Below are positions 39,627 through 50,534 of a stretch of 64,000 nucleotides of DNA, in pieces. A model generated the notes under the pieces. It had not been told where the DNA came from and ran no database searches. It saw only the letters and a program-made list of their open reading frames with translations. This stretch comes from Chloroflexota bacterium. GTDB taxonomy: Bacteria > Chloroflexota > Dehalococcoidia > Lucifugimonadales > JACPCL1. The DNA is taken from assembly GCA_016179765.1 (NCBI GenBank), contig JACPCL010000037.1, forward strand, positions 5,998 to 69,997. The letters are read 5' to 3'. Numbering within the stretch: the first letter of the stretch is position 1; each line of letters begins with the position of its first letter. The position numbers and the translations under genes were made by a program.

Positions 39627-41624
39627 CTATCTCCCAAAGACCAGATACACTCCTATGATCGCCAGAACGCCCAGAGAGATGACGACTCCATAGGCCTGGG
39701 TCTGGCCGTTTTGCAGGGGCGCCACGGTGCGGCCACCGTTCCGGCTAAGCCAGCCCAGGAAGTCTACAAACCGGTCTATCACCTCCCGGTCAAACCAGTT
39801 GAGCCCTCGGGCAATGCCCTGATAGAAGAGACTTCGGACAATGACCCCTTCGTACAGTGCGTCCATGTAGTACCGGTTGAGCAGCAGGGTGCGTATGGGG
39901 CCAAAAGCTCGGCCCACGGCTTCAGGCGAAGGCGAACGACGCCCGTAGACCAGCGCGGCCAGGCCAACGCCGCCGAGGGCTACTGCAGAGGAGGCCGCCG
40001 CCAACCCAGGGCTAAAGCCCTCCGCGTGCTCTTCCAGGAACTCCACAAACCAGTGGGCTGGAACGCCTGCCAGGTCGCCCAACGGGTTCGCCACGTAACC
40101 CGCAGCTATCGCCAGTACCGCCAGCACGAGCATTGGAGCGATCATCACCAGCGGGGACTCCGCCAGGTGGACGCTCGGTGCGGCCTCCTCACCAGCGGCA
40201 TGGTCCTGGTCATGCTCCCCTCGTGCCGGCGGCCCTGGCTGCGGGTGCTCTGCCCCCACGCCGCCTCGGAAGGGGCCGTGAAAGGTCATGATAATGACCC
40301 GGAACATATAGAAGGCGGTCAGGAACACCGCCACGAATGCCAGCCAGAACACCAGGGAGTCCACGCCCTTATCGCCGCGCCACGCCGACAGGAGCACCTC
40401 GTCTTTGCTCCAGAACCCGGCCAGGGGGAAGACCCCCGCCAGGCTCAGCGCGCCTATCAGGAAGGTGGCGTACGTCCAGGGCATCGCCTTGCGCAGGCCG
40501 CCCATGAAGCGCATGTCAAAGGTGAGGATGGCATGGCTCACACTGCCCGCGCCCAGGAACAGGAGGCACTTGAAGAAGGCGTGGGTGAAGAGGTGGAAGA
40601 TGGCCACCGCCGGCGCTCCCACGCCAATGGCCAGCATCATGTACCCAAGCTGGCTGATGGTGGAGTAGGCCAGCACCCGCTTGATGTCGTACATCACCAG
40701 GCCCATGGTGGCGGCGAAGACCGCCGTGAACCCACCCACCAGGGCGACCGTCGTCATGGCGGCGGCGGAGTGCTCAAAGAGGGGGAAGAAGCGGGCCGTC
40801 AGAAACACGCCCGCGGCCACCATTGTGGCGGCGTGGATGAGGGAGCTGACAGGCGTGGGGCCTTCCATAGCGTCGGGCAGCCAGGTGTGCAGGGGGAACT
40901 GGCCGGACTTGCCGGCGGCCCCGGCGAAGACGCCCAGGGCCGTCCACGTTGCGGCAAAGGTGGTCATCATGCCCGCCGCCGCAAGGATGTCGGGTATCTC
41001 AAAGGGGTTCCGCCCGGCGAAGGCGGCGGTGTCCCGCTGCAAAAACAGGTACAGGATCGCCAGCAGAAAGCCCACGTCGCCAATGCGGGTAACTAGGAAG
41101 GCCTTCTTTGCCGCGGCGGCTGCGGCTGGCCGCTGGTGCCAAAAGCCAATGAGGAGATAGGAGCACAGGCCCACCAGTTCCCAAAAGACGTAGAGCTGGA
41201 TGATGCTGCGGGCCATGACAACGCCCACCATGGAGGCGGTGAACAGGGACATGTAGGCAAAGTAGCGGGCGTACCCTTCGTCGTCCTTCATGTAGCCCAG
41301 AGAGTAGACCTGCACCAGCAGGCTCACGCCCGTGACCACCACCAGCATGATGGCCGTCAGCGGGTCCATGAGGATGCCGATACGGATATCCAGGCCGCTG
41401 ATGGCCAGCCACCGGTGGGACGGCCAGCCGATGGCCTGCTCGTGGCCTAGGGTGGAACGCAAGGCATAGGCCGACAGCAGAAAGGCGAGGCCGATGGCCA
41501 GAACTGTGACGTAGCCGCTCACCCTGGAGCGACTGCCCAGGAAGGGGCGGATAACCAGTGCGATAAGGGCAAAGGAAGCCAACGGGAGCAGAAAGATAGC
41601 CCAGGCCCCAAGCTCACTTATCAT
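39627..41624 (-). CDS. nuoL: NADH-quinone oxidoreductase subunit L
   Basis: KKAFLVTRIGD, GKSGQFPLHTWLPDAMEGPTP, HLFTHAFFK. Confidence 0.96.
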   Translation of the reverse strand: MISELGAWAIFLLPLASFALIALVIRPFLGSRSRVSGYVTVLAIGLAFLLSAYALRSTLGHEQAIGWPSHRWLAISGLDIRIGILMDPLTAIMLVVVTGVSLLVQVYSLGYMKDDEGYARYFAYMSLFTASMVGVVMARSIIQLYVFWELVGLCSYLLIGFWHQRPAAAAAAKKAFLVTRIGDVGFLLAILYLFLQRDTAAFAGRNPFEIPDILAAAGMMTTFAATWTALGVFAGAAGKSGQFPLHTWLPDAMEGPTPVSSLIHAATMVAAGVFLTARFFPLFEHSAAAMTTVALVGGFTAVFAATMGLVMYDIKRVLAYSTISQLGYMMLAIGVGAPAVAIFHLFTHAFFKCLLFLGAGSVSHAILTFDMRFMGGLRKAMPWTYATFLIGALSLAGVFPLAGFWSKDEVLLSAWRGDKGVDSLVFWLAFVAVFLTAFYMFRVIIMTFHGPFRGGVGAEHPQPGPPARGEHDQDHAAGEEAAPSVHLAESPLVMIAPMLVLAVLAIAAGYVANPLGDLAGVPAHWFVEFLEEHAEGFSPGLAAASSAVALGGVGLAALVYGRRSPSPEAVGRAFGPIRTLLLNRYYMDALYEGVIVRSLFYQGIARGLNWFDREVIDRFVDFLGWLSRNGGRTVAPLQNGQTQAYGVVISLGVLAIIGVYLVFGR

Positions 41625-41628
41625 ACGC

Positions 41629-41823
41629 CTACAGCTTCCTCAAAATCTCGTCAGCAACGTGCTCGCGGCCATGCGGCACCATGATCCTGAAGGGCACACG
41701 CTCCCCCCACTGAAGGATATCCCCTTCCGGCAGGATGCGCGTGGGCAACCCCTCACCCTCCAAGACGTTCTTCCACATCTCAGCGATGGCCAGGTTCGGC
41801 GCCTTCATGTAGTCAACCCACAT
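41629..41823 (-). CDS. DUF2007-like small protein
   Basis: APNLAIAEMWKNVLEGEGLP..RIMVP..ADEIL. Confidence 0.7.
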   Translation of the reverse strand: MWVDYMKAPNLAIAEMWKNVLEGEGLPTRILPEGDILQWGERVPFRIMVPHGREHVADEILRKL

Positions 41824-41980
41824 AGATTGCCATCTCTCCCCTTCCCCAAAGGGGAAGGGGATGGGGGTTAGGGTATTCCTAAGGGCGCGGCAACCGCGCC
41901 TCTACACAACTCGCTCCATGGCGGGCCTCAATCTCCGCCAAGCATGTAGGGGCGAGGTTTCCTCGCCCCTTAAGGTCACC

Positions 41981-42334
41981 CTATCGCTTCATCAGATTCA
42001 CCTGGGTCAAGTCCACCGTCCCGCGGCTGCGGTACACCGCTATCACGATGGCCAGCCCCAGGGCCACTTCCGCCGCCGCCACCACAATGACAAACAGAGC
42101 AAACACCTGCCCAGTCAGCACCCGCTGGACCACGGCGTCCGCGATAGAGGTGGTGTCGGCGCGCAGCGCCGCCGGCGTCACGTAGCGAGAGACGGCCACC
42201 GCCGCTACGTTGACGGCGTTGAACATCAGCTCAATGGACATGAGCACGACGACCACATTGCGCCGGGTCAGCGCCCCATACAGCCCGATGCTGAAGAGCA
42301 CGACGGACAGCAATAAGAAGTTTTCCAGACTCAT
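41981..42334 (-). CDS. nuoK: NADH-quinone oxidoreductase subunit K
   Basis: [26 protein letters not shown]. Confidence 0.95.
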   Translation of the reverse strand: MSLENFLLLSVVLFSIGLYGALTRRNVVVVLMSIELMFNAVNVAAVAVSRYVTPAALRADTTSIADAVVQRVLTGQVFALFVIVVAAAEVALGLAIVIAVYRSRGTVDLTQVNLMKR

Positions 42335-42502
42335 ATGCCTATCCCAAGATTGCCAAACCGAGCGTCCAGAGGGGCAACGCCCAGGAGCTTGCCCTGTGCG
42401 AACCGAAGGGACGGGGGTCTGGGGGTGTCCCCCAGGCCTTTCCCTCCCCCTCTCCCTTGACAAGGGAGAGGGGGACACAGGGGGTATGGGTTCCAGTGAA
42501 GC

Positions 42503-43027
42503 TCATGGCTGGCGCTCCCGCACCAGCACCAGCGCGCCGACGATGGCCGCCAGCAGCAGCACCGAGGCCACCTCAAAGGGCAGCACCCACTCACTCAGGA
42601 GCAGGCCCGCCAGCCACTGGGGTGTCGCCGATAGCACCTCCTGCACCCTGGCCAGGCTCTCTGCCGAAAGGGTGTCTTCCATGAGCGACCAGTTGGTCTG
42701 AAGGACCACGGTGGCCAGGAAGGCCAAAAGGAGGGCCGAGCCCAGGAGGGCCGGCAACCGCAACCGGTTGGCGGTGTTGCCCGTCTCGGCGTCTCGGGTC
42801 AGCAGAGAGGCGAAGACCAGCAGCACCGAAACCGCCCCAACGTAGATGAGCACCTGCACCACCGCCAGGAAGTCGGCGTTGAGCAGGACAAAGAGGCCGG
42901 CCACCGCCAAAAATGAAAAGGCCAGCATCACCGCGGCGCGGAAGATGCTCTTCATCGTGACCACCGCCACCGCCGAGCCAACGCTGGCCCCTGCCAGCGC
43001 CCAGAAGAGGATGTCCTGCGCCGTCAA
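42503..43027 (-). CDS. nuoJ: NADH-quinone oxidoreductase subunit J
   Basis: QVLIYVGAVSVL, LPFEVASVLLL; TTG start overlapping nuoI stop. Confidence 0.93.
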   Translation of the reverse strand: MTAQDILFWALAGASVGSAVAVVTMKSIFRAAVMLAFSFLAVAGLFVLLNADFLAVVQVLIYVGAVSVLLVFASLLTRDAETGNTANRLRLPALLGSALLLAFLATVVLQTNWSLMEDTLSAESLARVQEVLSATPQWLAGLLLSEWVLPFEVASVLLLAAIVGALVLVRERQP

Positions 43028-43596
43028 GGCTTCGCCTCCCGGTCTGTCGTCATCTCCTCTGTAGTGGGCCGCAGGGGCAGGTGGTAGGGCCAAGGTTCGC
43101 GACCCGCGCCCTGCCACGTCATCGGCTCGCCCCTACGGGGATCATAGTTCTGGGCCTCAAGCTGCGGGCGATACCAGGTGCTGGGGCGCTTTTCCGCCGT
43201 GCGCAGGCGCTCCACGGAAATCACCAGGTCCTGGCGGCGGTACTTGGCCTCCTCAAAGCCGCTGCCCATGAAGAGGGCGTCGTAGGGGCAAGCCTCCACA
43301 CACAGGCCGCAGAACATGCACCGGCCTATGTCTATGTCAAAGACGTCAATAGCGTAGGAGTCCCCTTCCGCAGGCGTCTCCTGGCTTGGGTGGGTGACGA
43401 TGCGGATGATCCCCAGGGGGCAGAACTTGGCGCAGCTCGCGCAGCCGGTGCACCGCTCCTCGTACCAGGTGAACTCCTCTCCCCGAAAGCGGGGATGCTG
43501 GGGCGCCCGCTGCTCCGGATAGGAGATGGTGAAGGGCCTCCGTATGAAGTTCTTCAGCGTCACCATGAAGCCATTAAGGATGCCAAGCCCGTACAT
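43024..43596 (-). CDS. nuoI: NADH-quinone oxidoreductase subunit I
   Basis: CTGCASCAKFCP and CMFCGLCVEACP. Confidence 0.95.
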   Translation of the reverse strand: MYGLGILNGFMVTLKNFIRRPFTISYPEQRAPQHPRFRGEEFTWYEERCTGCASCAKFCPLGIIRIVTHPSQETPAEGDSYAIDVFDIDIGRCMFCGLCVEACPYDALFMGSGFEEAKYRRQDLVISVERLRTAEKRPSTWYRPQLEAQNYDPRRGEPMTWQGAGREPWPYHLPLRPTTEEMTTDREAKP

Positions 43597-44838
43597 CTAA
43601 ACCACCTCCGCTGCAGACGGCTTTGGCGCGCTCACAGGCAGCGCAGGGGTCCGCAGGCTGACCAGGCGGGAGAAGGCGCCGATGCCCACCACCGCCACCG
43701 CGAAGTTGACAACGGACATCAACCACAGGTCAGCGGTAGACAGGACGATGCCCTGCCCGCCCGCCTCCTCGTGGCCAAACAGGAGGAGCTCCGCCGCCGT
43801 CATAAAGACGTTGATGATGCCCAGGGGCAACAGGAACTTCCAGGCGAAGGCCATGGTCTGGTCAATGCGTACTCTGGGCAGGGTCGCCCGCACCCAGATA
43901 AAGATAAAGGCCAGGAAGAAGACCTTCATGAGAAACCACACATGGGATGGCAGCAGCGGCCCTTCCCAGCCGTCAAGGAAGAGGGTGGCGATGACGCCGG
44001 ATGTCGTCAGCACGGCGGCGTACTCCGCCAAGTAGAAGAGGCCGAACTTCATGCCGCCGTACTCAGTGTGGTAGCCCGCCACAATCTCCGACTCCGCCTC
44101 AAGCTGGTCAAAGGGTGGGCGGTTCATCTCGGCTGAAGCGCTCACCACAAAAATGAACAGCCCCAGGGGTTGCAGAAGGAAGAAGGGGATAACCTGGGCC
44201 TCTACAATCTCCACAAGGGAAAGGGAGCCGGCCAGAAGCAACACTCCCACGATGGAAAGCACCATGGGGACTTCGTAGCTAATAAGCTGAGCCACGGCGC
44301 GCATCCCGCCGAAGAGGGCATACCGGTTGCCAGAGGCGATCCCCGCCATGAACACGGCCAGGGCGTTCACCGAGGTCACGGCGATGATGAAGAGCACCCC
44401 CACGTTCAGGTCCGCGATGAAGGTGTGCTTGCCAAAGGGTATCACCGCCAGCACCATGAACATGACCACCACCATCATGAGCGGGGCCAGGTTGTACAGA
44501 AGCCAGTCCGCACCCTGGGGGACAATGGACTCCTTGGTTAGCAGCTTGATGGCGTCCGCCACGGGCTGGAGCAGTCCAAAAGGCCCCGCCCGGTTAGGAC
44601 CTATCCTGCCCTGGAAGCGGCCCAGGAGCCGGCGCTCCAGGTAGGTGTAAAACATGGTCAGCAGCAGGAAGGCGCTCAGCAGCAGGAAGGTAATGGCAAA
44701 GCCCACAAGGGCAAAGGCCAGCCACTCCCAGCCCGCAGGCAACAGGCCATCCCGCCCGCAGTGCTGAGCGTTGCCCGAATTGCCCGCCAGCAGGCAGTAG
44801 AGGTTGCGGAAGAGGGCGTTCCCCTCCAGGAAAGCCAT
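43597..44838 (-). CDS. nuoH: NADH-quinone oxidoreductase subunit H
   Basis: RIGPNRAGPFGLLQPVADAIKLLTKE, EAESEIVAGYHTEY. Confidence 0.96.
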   Translation of the reverse strand: MAFLEGNALFRNLYCLLAGNSGNAQHCGRDGLLPAGWEWLAFALVGFAITFLLLSAFLLLTMFYTYLERRLLGRFQGRIGPNRAGPFGLLQPVADAIKLLTKESIVPQGADWLLYNLAPLMMVVVMFMVLAVIPFGKHTFIADLNVGVLFIIAVTSVNALAVFMAGIASGNRYALFGGMRAVAQLISYEVPMVLSIVGVLLLAGSLSLVEIVEAQVIPFFLLQPLGLFIFVVSASAEMNRPPFDQLEAESEIVAGYHTEYGGMKFGLFYLAEYAAVLTTSGVIATLFLDGWEGPLLPSHVWFLMKVFFLAFIFIWVRATLPRVRIDQTMAFAWKFLLPLGIINVFMTAAELLLFGHEEAGGQGIVLSTADLWLMSVVNFAVAVVGIGAFSRLVSLRTPALPVSAPKPSAAEVV

Positions 44839-45941
44839 TACCGGTCTACCTCGCCCATGTTGATGTCAATGCTGCCCAGGGTCACAATCATGTCCGCCAG
44901 CTTCCAGCCGATAAGCATGTCCCTGAGCACCGTCAGGTTAATGAAGGAGGGGGAGCGTATTTTGAAGCGGTAGGGGGCAACGCTGCCATCGCTCACCAGG
45001 TAGAAGCCCAGCTCTCCCTTGGGGCCCTCAATGCGGCTATAGGCGTCGCCCACGGGTGGCCGCACCAGAGCCGGCACGTCGGCCCGCACGGGTCCCGGTT
45101 CAATCTGCTCCACGCACTGCTCAACGATACGCAGGCTCTGGCGCATCTCGTCTATCCGTATCTTGAACCGGTCATAGTTGTCCCCTGCCCTGCCCAGCGG
45201 CACGTCAAACTTCACCCGGCCGTACACCTCGTAGGGGTCCACCTTGCGCAGGTCCCAGGGAAAGCCGGTGGCCCGCAGCACCGGCCCCGTCACCGAGCCA
45301 TTCAGGGCCTGGTCTACCGTGAGCACACTGACGCCCTTGGTGCGGGTGACCAGAATCTCGTTCTCCGATAGAAGCCGCTCATACTCGTCAATATAGTGGG
45401 GCATCTCCCCAAGGAAGATGCGCAAGGCGGGCCAGAACTCCTCCGGCGCATCCTGGAACACGCCGCCCACCCGCATGTAGGAGAGGGTGATGCGCGCGCC
45501 GCACAGCATCTCAAAAAGGTCCAGGATGCGCTCCCGCTCCCGGAAGCAGTACATCAGGGGTGTGGCGAAGGCCCCCAGGTCGTTCAGCAGGAAGCCTGTG
45601 GCCATCAGATGGCTAGCGATGCGCTGGAGCTCCGCGGCGATGACCCGCAGGTACATGCCGCGCTCCGGCGGCTGGACGCCCGCCAGCTTCTCGCAGGCCA
45701 GCACGTAGGCCTGGTTGTTGGTCATGGAGGCTACGTAGTCCAGGCGATCGGTCAGGGTGATGACCTGGGTATAGGTGCGCTCCTCGGCCAGCTTTTCCGA
45801 GCCCCGGTGCAGGTAGCCGAAGACCGGCTCCGCGTCCAGGATGACCTCGCCGTCAAAGGTAATGCGCAGGCGAAACACCCCGTGGGTGCTGGGGTGCTGC
45901 GGCCCGACGTTGACGGTGACCGGCTCTGAGCGCATGGGCAT
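44838..45941 (-). CDS. nuoD: NADH-quinone oxidoreductase subunit D
   Basis: NVGPQHPSTHGVFR, GYLHRG, GEVDR; no NiFe CxxC motifs. Confidence 0.96.
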   Translation of the reverse strand: MPMRSEPVTVNVGPQHPSTHGVFRLRITFDGEVILDAEPVFGYLHRGSEKLAEERTYTQVITLTDRLDYVASMTNNQAYVLACEKLAGVQPPERGMYLRVIAAELQRIASHLMATGFLLNDLGAFATPLMYCFRERERILDLFEMLCGARITLSYMRVGGVFQDAPEEFWPALRIFLGEMPHYIDEYERLLSENEILVTRTKGVSVLTVDQALNGSVTGPVLRATGFPWDLRKVDPYEVYGRVKFDVPLGRAGDNYDRFKIRIDEMRQSLRIVEQCVEQIEPGPVRADVPALVRPPVGDAYSRIEGPKGELGFYLVSDGSVAPYRFKIRSPSFINLTVLRDMLIGWKLADMIVTLGSIDINMGEVDR

Positions 45942-45949
45942 GACGGCCC

Positions 45950-46402
45950 TTAGCGGGGCGCTTCCAGATAGTCTCGGCGCAGGGGATGGCCGGGATACCC
46001 TTCCCAGAGCAGGATGCGCTTCAGGTTGGGGTGGCCGAGAAACTTGACTCCCATGAGGTCCCATACCTCCCGCTCCTGAAAGTCGGCCCCCAGCCAAAGG
46101 CCAACGACCGAAGGGAGGGACGGCTCCTCCCGGCCATACACCTTGGCCTTCAGGACGGCGCTGTGCAGGTGAGCCGTGGAGGTCAGGTGGTAGACGACCT
46201 CAAAGTACTCCACGTAGTCCACCGCGGAGATGGCGTTCAGCAGGTTGAACCCCATGCCTGGGGTCTCCTTCAGAGTTTGACACACCTCCAGCACACGCTC
46301 TGGCTTCACCCACAGGCACAAGCCCTCCCACCGCTCCACGGCCCCGGGGCACGCAACCTGCACGTGGCGAGCAAGCTCCTCCCCTGGTAGTTCTCGGATC
46401 AT
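45950..46402 (-). CDS. nuoC: NADH-quinone oxidoreductase subunit C
   Basis: EREVWDLMGV.F.GHPNLKRI, GHPLRRD. Confidence 0.95.
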   Translation of the reverse strand: MIRELPGEELARHVQVACPGAVERWEGLCLWVKPERVLEVCQTLKETPGMGFNLLNAISAVDYVEYFEVVYHLTSTAHLHSAVLKAKVYGREEPSLPSVVGLWLGADFQEREVWDLMGVKFLGHPNLKRILLWEGYPGHPLRRDYLEAPR

Positions 46403-46654
46403 GCGCGACTAAACTCTTTAGAAACCTGGCCCACTTGTCATTCCTACGAAAATGGCTTCCTCCCCCCTTGCGGGGGAGGATTGAGTTGGAGGGTAGGCCC
46501 TTGTTCACCCCCATCCTAACCTTCCCCCGTCAAGGTGGAAAGAACTGAAAATTGACCCTTTTCATCCTTCCTGGCGCTGGATGCCAGCATGGGCGATTCT
46601 GAGTCCCGATAGCATGGGGACTCCCTCAGAATGACCGCCATCAAACACATTGAG

Positions 46655-47275
46655 TTAGCCCCCCGCCGGCGCACCCTTCAGACGATACCTCTGGATCTTC
46701 TCGTGAAGCTGCATGATGCCGTAGAGCAGCGCATCAGGGCGCGGCGGACAACCGGGGACGTACACGTCCACCGGCACGATGTGGTTGACCCCAGGCACCA
46801 CGCTGTAGGACTGGTAGTAGGGGCCGCCGCTGGTGGCGCAGACGCCCATGGAGATGACCCATTTGGGTTCTGCCATCTGGGCGTACAACCGCCGGATGGC
46901 GGTGGCCATCTTCCAGGTCACGGTGCCGGCGACGATCATCAGGTCCGCCTGGCGCGGCGAGGCGCGGAAGGCCTCCATGCCAAAGCGGGAGATGTCAAAG
47001 CGGGACATGGCGCTGGCGATCATCTCAAAAGAGCAGCAGGCCAGGCCGAAGGTCAGGGGCCACACGGCAGACCTGCGCCCCCAGTTCAGGAGGGCGTCCA
47101 CGGTGGTCAGCACCACACTGCGCCGCAGATCATCAGGCGCCTCAAGGAAAGGCTCCCCCAGAGGCAAAAGCGCCGTCTCTTTCAGCTCCTGGACCTCAGC
47201 GCCCTCGGCCCGGTCCAGGTCCCATGTGGTGGAATACAACGGTAGCCTCAGGTTTTTCCGGGTCTCCTCTTCCAT
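46655..47275 (-). CDS. nuoB: NADH-quinone oxidoreductase subunit B
   Basis: [19 protein letters not shown]. Confidence 0.96.
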   Translation of the reverse strand: MEEETRKNLRLPLYSTTWDLDRAEGAEVQELKETALLPLGEPFLEAPDDLRRSVVLTTVDALLNWGRRSAVWPLTFGLACCSFEMIASAMSRFDISRFGMEAFRASPRQADLMIVAGTVTWKMATAIRRLYAQMAEPKWVISMGVCATSGGPYYQSYSVVPGVNHIVPVDVYVPGCPPRPDALLYGIMQLHEKIQRYRLKGAPAGG

Positions 47276-47284
47276 CGCCCCCTC

Positions 47285-47671
47285 CTACTCCCATTCCAGG
47301 GCCCGTTTGCGCCAGGCATACGCCAGACCTATGAGGAGAATGAGTACGAAGATGAGCATCTCTACAAAGGCAAAGAGGCCAAGGTGCTGGAAACGGATGG
47401 CCCACGGGTACAGGAACACCGTCTCCACGTCAAAGACTACAAAGAGGAGGGCGTACATGTAGTAGCGGAAGTTGAACTGCATCCACCGGGTGGGGCCTAT
47501 GGGCTGTACGCCGCACTCGTACAATTCGTACTTGACGGGGTTGGGCTTGTGGGGCCGGATGCGGACAACGGAGGCCACCCAGGAGATGAGGAGCATGGAT
47601 AAGGGAATGAGAACGGCGCCACCGGCAAAGATGGCAATCAGGGCATACTGGCGGAAGTAGTCGTCAAACAT
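47285..47671 (-). CDS. nuoA: NADH-quinone oxidoreductase subunit A
   Basis: [24 protein letters not shown]. Confidence 0.96.
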   Translation of the reverse strand: MFDDYFRQYALIAIFAGGAVLIPLSMLLISWVASVVRIRPHKPNPVKYELYECGVQPIGPTRWMQFNFRYYMYALLFVVFDVETVFLYPWAIRFQHLGLFAFVEMLIFVLILLIGLAYAWRKRALEWE

Positions 47672-47919
47672 ATTGCTCGCAAAGAGGCCTGCTAGATTGC
47701 CTAGCTACTATACCATGCCCGCCTTTGGCCCATCAAGTGAAATAGAGCACAAAGTTGGGTGCAGACGTTTCGGCGAACACCTCGGTGAGGTACAATGGGA
47801 AGGTGTGCTCATGAACCCAACAGGTTTGGACCTTTGGTTCGGCAAATCTGTGTTGCACTAGAATGTCTTCAAGGGATAACATCACACCGGCCTATGGAGA
47901 TGGAGGAGCCTTCTTTCCT

Positions 47920-49809
47920 ATGAGAAGAGGTGGGCGACCCCTGGTTATCCTTCTTCTCCTCTTTGCTGTTGGCTTTGCCCTGACGGGGTGCTCGTCTCCA
48001 GCAACCCCTACTCCTAATCCTGCCTCTACAACGACTCCCACACCGGAACCGCCACCTACGAACGCACCCGCTCTCAGCCCTACTCCTACCTATTCGCCTG
48101 ACCCCACGCGAACCCCCACACCAACCAGGACACCCACACCCACCCGGACCCCTGCCCCTACCGCTACCCCTACGCCAACCCCCATGCCATTCACCCAGCT
48201 AAGACTGGAAAGCAAGGGATTACAAACCAACAGTCCCAGCCAAATTCAGTTGGTGTTTTCCCTAAGAGACCAGAACGGGAGGGCTTTGGAGAGTCCAATT
48301 CCACCCCAGCAGATGCAATCGGCTATGACGATCTTTGAACGCGGCCCTAGCACCAACGGCTGGGAGCCCATAGACACCTCCGAGACAAGCTTCTTTGTCC
48401 ACCCGGGTACCAACTTTGACCTGGAAATGGTGTTTGTCCTGGACTTCACGGCAAGTATGGCTCAGACCCGTCTTCCCGATGGCCGAAGCGGTATCCAGGT
48501 CATGGTGGATACCTTTATAGAGTCAATGGATAGAGTCTCGGTGGCGCACCGCATTGGCCTTGTGGAGTTTCACGATAGAAACTTCCCTCCGTTCGTTTTG
48601 TCTGAGCTCACTCTTGATCGGGAAGCGCTCAAGAAAAAGGCAGGTGATTTTGCAGCAGGCGCAGGAAAGAGCTATGAGCCAGGCGCCTCAGAGGTAAGAA
48701 CGGCCCTTGTGGCCGCTTTACCCCTCTTCTCCAGCCAGGCGCAGAATCCCTACACAACCAGGGTGTTGGTCTTTCTCTCAGACGGAAAAGACCGAAGCAG
48801 CCCAACCCCTTGGCTAAATATCGCCACTTTGGCGAACAATAGGGGCGTTCAAATCTACGCCCTCGGGGTGGGAAACGTCCTGGAGAGCGACCTGAAGCAA
48901 ATCAAGGAAGTCACCGGGAGCACTAAGGGGTTTTATTACAGCGCGGAAAACATTGAGCTTATCCAGATACGCCTCCGCGAACTGATCAGGGACTTGAGCG
49001 GCCAGTACGTAGTAAGCTACACCACACTGCGCAGCGTAGGAAGCTACGAGGTCCGCTTTGAAGTGAACATCGGTGGCATCGTTGGCACATTAATAGCCAG
49101 CATTGGCGACGTCAGCAAGTTCAAAGGTAATGACCTGCTGGGCAGGATCACTTTTGATCCCCCTACCATTGACCTGGCCCAGCACAAGGCTACCCTGTTC
49201 ATGCGCGCTCTTCATATCCCTAGAGGTATCACAAAACTTCGCTTTAGACTGGATACCCAAAAACCTATTCAGCTAGCCATCGTGAAGAAAGAGGATGGCG
49301 GTCTTCTGGACGGCTGGACGTTGACAGGCCCCGACAATGGATACTATACGGTGGAGACTACCCCTGATAGGCCCCTTGCCTTTGGCAACTTTGGACCCCT
49401 CTTTAAGATTGAGGCGGATGACGTTACCGAACCCGGCCTGGCGATACCCCTCCTTTTTGATAGTACGATCTATGGACAAACAGGCAAGTCCTTTGCGTCC
49501 GTCGCCCCTCCACAACCTACGGGCACACCAACTCCCACACCGACGCCAACTCCCACACGTACGCCTACGCCCACGCCCACCCCTACCCCTGGCCCCGTGC
49601 AGATGGGTCTGAACGACGTGATGTTCAGTGGGGCAAGCCAATCGGGACCTCAGATCGCCGTCCCTCAAGGCAAATTGGTCAAGGTCTTTGCGAACGAGCT
49701 TACAGGATCATCCTTCGTGCACTATTATGTTCAGGTGCGATGGAACGGCGCCCTCATCTATGACCCAACAGATCCTGAAAAAAGACCCTTTGTTGAGACG
49801 ATTGCGTAA
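47920..49809 (+). CDS. vWA-domain lipoprotein with P/T linkers
   Basis: Lipobox LTG-C; [24 protein letters not shown]. Confidence 0.82.
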   Translation: MRRGGRPLVILLLLFAVGFALTGCSSPATPTPNPASTTTPTPEPPPTNAPALSPTPTYSPDPTRTPTPTRTPTPTRTPAPTATPTPTPMPFTQLRLESKGLQTNSPSQIQLVFSLRDQNGRALESPIPPQQMQSAMTIFERGPSTNGWEPIDTSETSFFVHPGTNFDLEMVFVLDFTASMAQTRLPDGRSGIQVMVDTFIESMDRVSVAHRIGLVEFHDRNFPPFVLSELTLDREALKKKAGDFAAGAGKSYEPGASEVRTALVAALPLFSSQAQNPYTTRVLVFLSDGKDRSSPTPWLNIATLANNRGVQIYALGVGNVLESDLKQIKEVTGSTKGFYYSAENIELIQIRLRELIRDLSGQYVVSYTTLRSVGSYEVRFEVNIGGIVGTLIASIGDVSKFKGNDLLGRITFDPPTIDLAQHKATLFMRALHIPRGITKLRFRLDTQKPIQLAIVKKEDGGLLDGWTLTGPDNGYYTVETTPDRPLAFGNFGPLFKIEADDVTEPGLAIPLLFDSTIYGQTGKSFASVAPPQPTGTPTPTPTPTPTRTPTPTPTPTPGPVQMGLNDVMFSGASQSGPQIAVPQGKLVKVFANELTGSSFVHYYVQVRWNGALIYDPTDPEKRPFVETIA

Positions 49810-49879
49810 GAGGTAACCTGCTTCACGCCTCAAGAATCACTGGCCCCCTTTCTCTTGACGGTGAGGCAAGGCAATATCC

Positions 49880-50533
49880 ATGCTCATAGACCTACACACC
49901 CACACCTACCCCACCTCCGACGACAGCTTTCTCTCCCCGGACCAGCTCGTTGCCGAGGCGAAGCGGGTGGGGCTAGACGGCATCTGCCTGACGGACCACG
50001 ACGGCTTCTGGAAGCCGGAAGAGGTGGTGGCCCTGGGCCAGCGGCACAACTTCCCCATCTTCCCAGGGTGCGAGGTGACTACTGAGGAAGGGCACCTGAT
50101 CGTCTTTGGCCTGGACCGGTACATCTTCGGAATGCACCGGGCCGCCTTCGTCAAGCGGCTCGTAGACCAGGCTGGCGGAGTCGTCGTGGTGGCCCACCCC
50201 TACAGGCGTCGCTTCCGTGAGAAGGACGCCCCTGACCAGGACTCCTACTCCACCATGCTGGAGCAGGCCTGCCAGAGCGAGGTCTTCTCCCTGGCCAACG
50301 CCGTTGAGGTGATGAACGGCCGCGGCTCCACTGCCGAAAACGCCTTCGCTCACGAGGTCGCAAACCGATTCAACCTGAAGGGCACCGGCGCCAGCGACGC
50401 CCATAAGCTGAAGGAGATTGGCACCTTCGCCACGGAGTTTGACTCTCCTATCACCTCGCTGCACCAGCTCATCAATGAGCTCAAGGCAGGCAACTTCCGG
50501 CCAGTGGCCCTATCCAAGAGCAGGAGTATCTAA
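49880..50533 (+). CDS. PHP domain protein
   Basis: IDLHTHT, LTDHD, AHPY, GASDAH. Confidence 0.9.
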   Translation: MLIDLHTHTYPTSDDSFLSPDQLVAEAKRVGLDGICLTDHDGFWKPEEVVALGQRHNFPIFPGCEVTTEEGHLIVFGLDRYIFGMHRAAFVKRLVDQAGGVVVVAHPYRRRFREKDAPDQDSYSTMLEQACQSEVFSLANAVEVMNGRGSTAENAFAHEVANRFNLKGTGASDAHKLKEIGTFATEFDSPITSLHQLINELKAGNFRPVALSKSRSI

Positions 50534-50534
50534 C

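Noticed and set aside
37931-41624. 2M-type complex I or a group 4 hydrogenase
   Set aside because: Only one nuoM; NuoD lacks NiFe-binding CxxC motifs.
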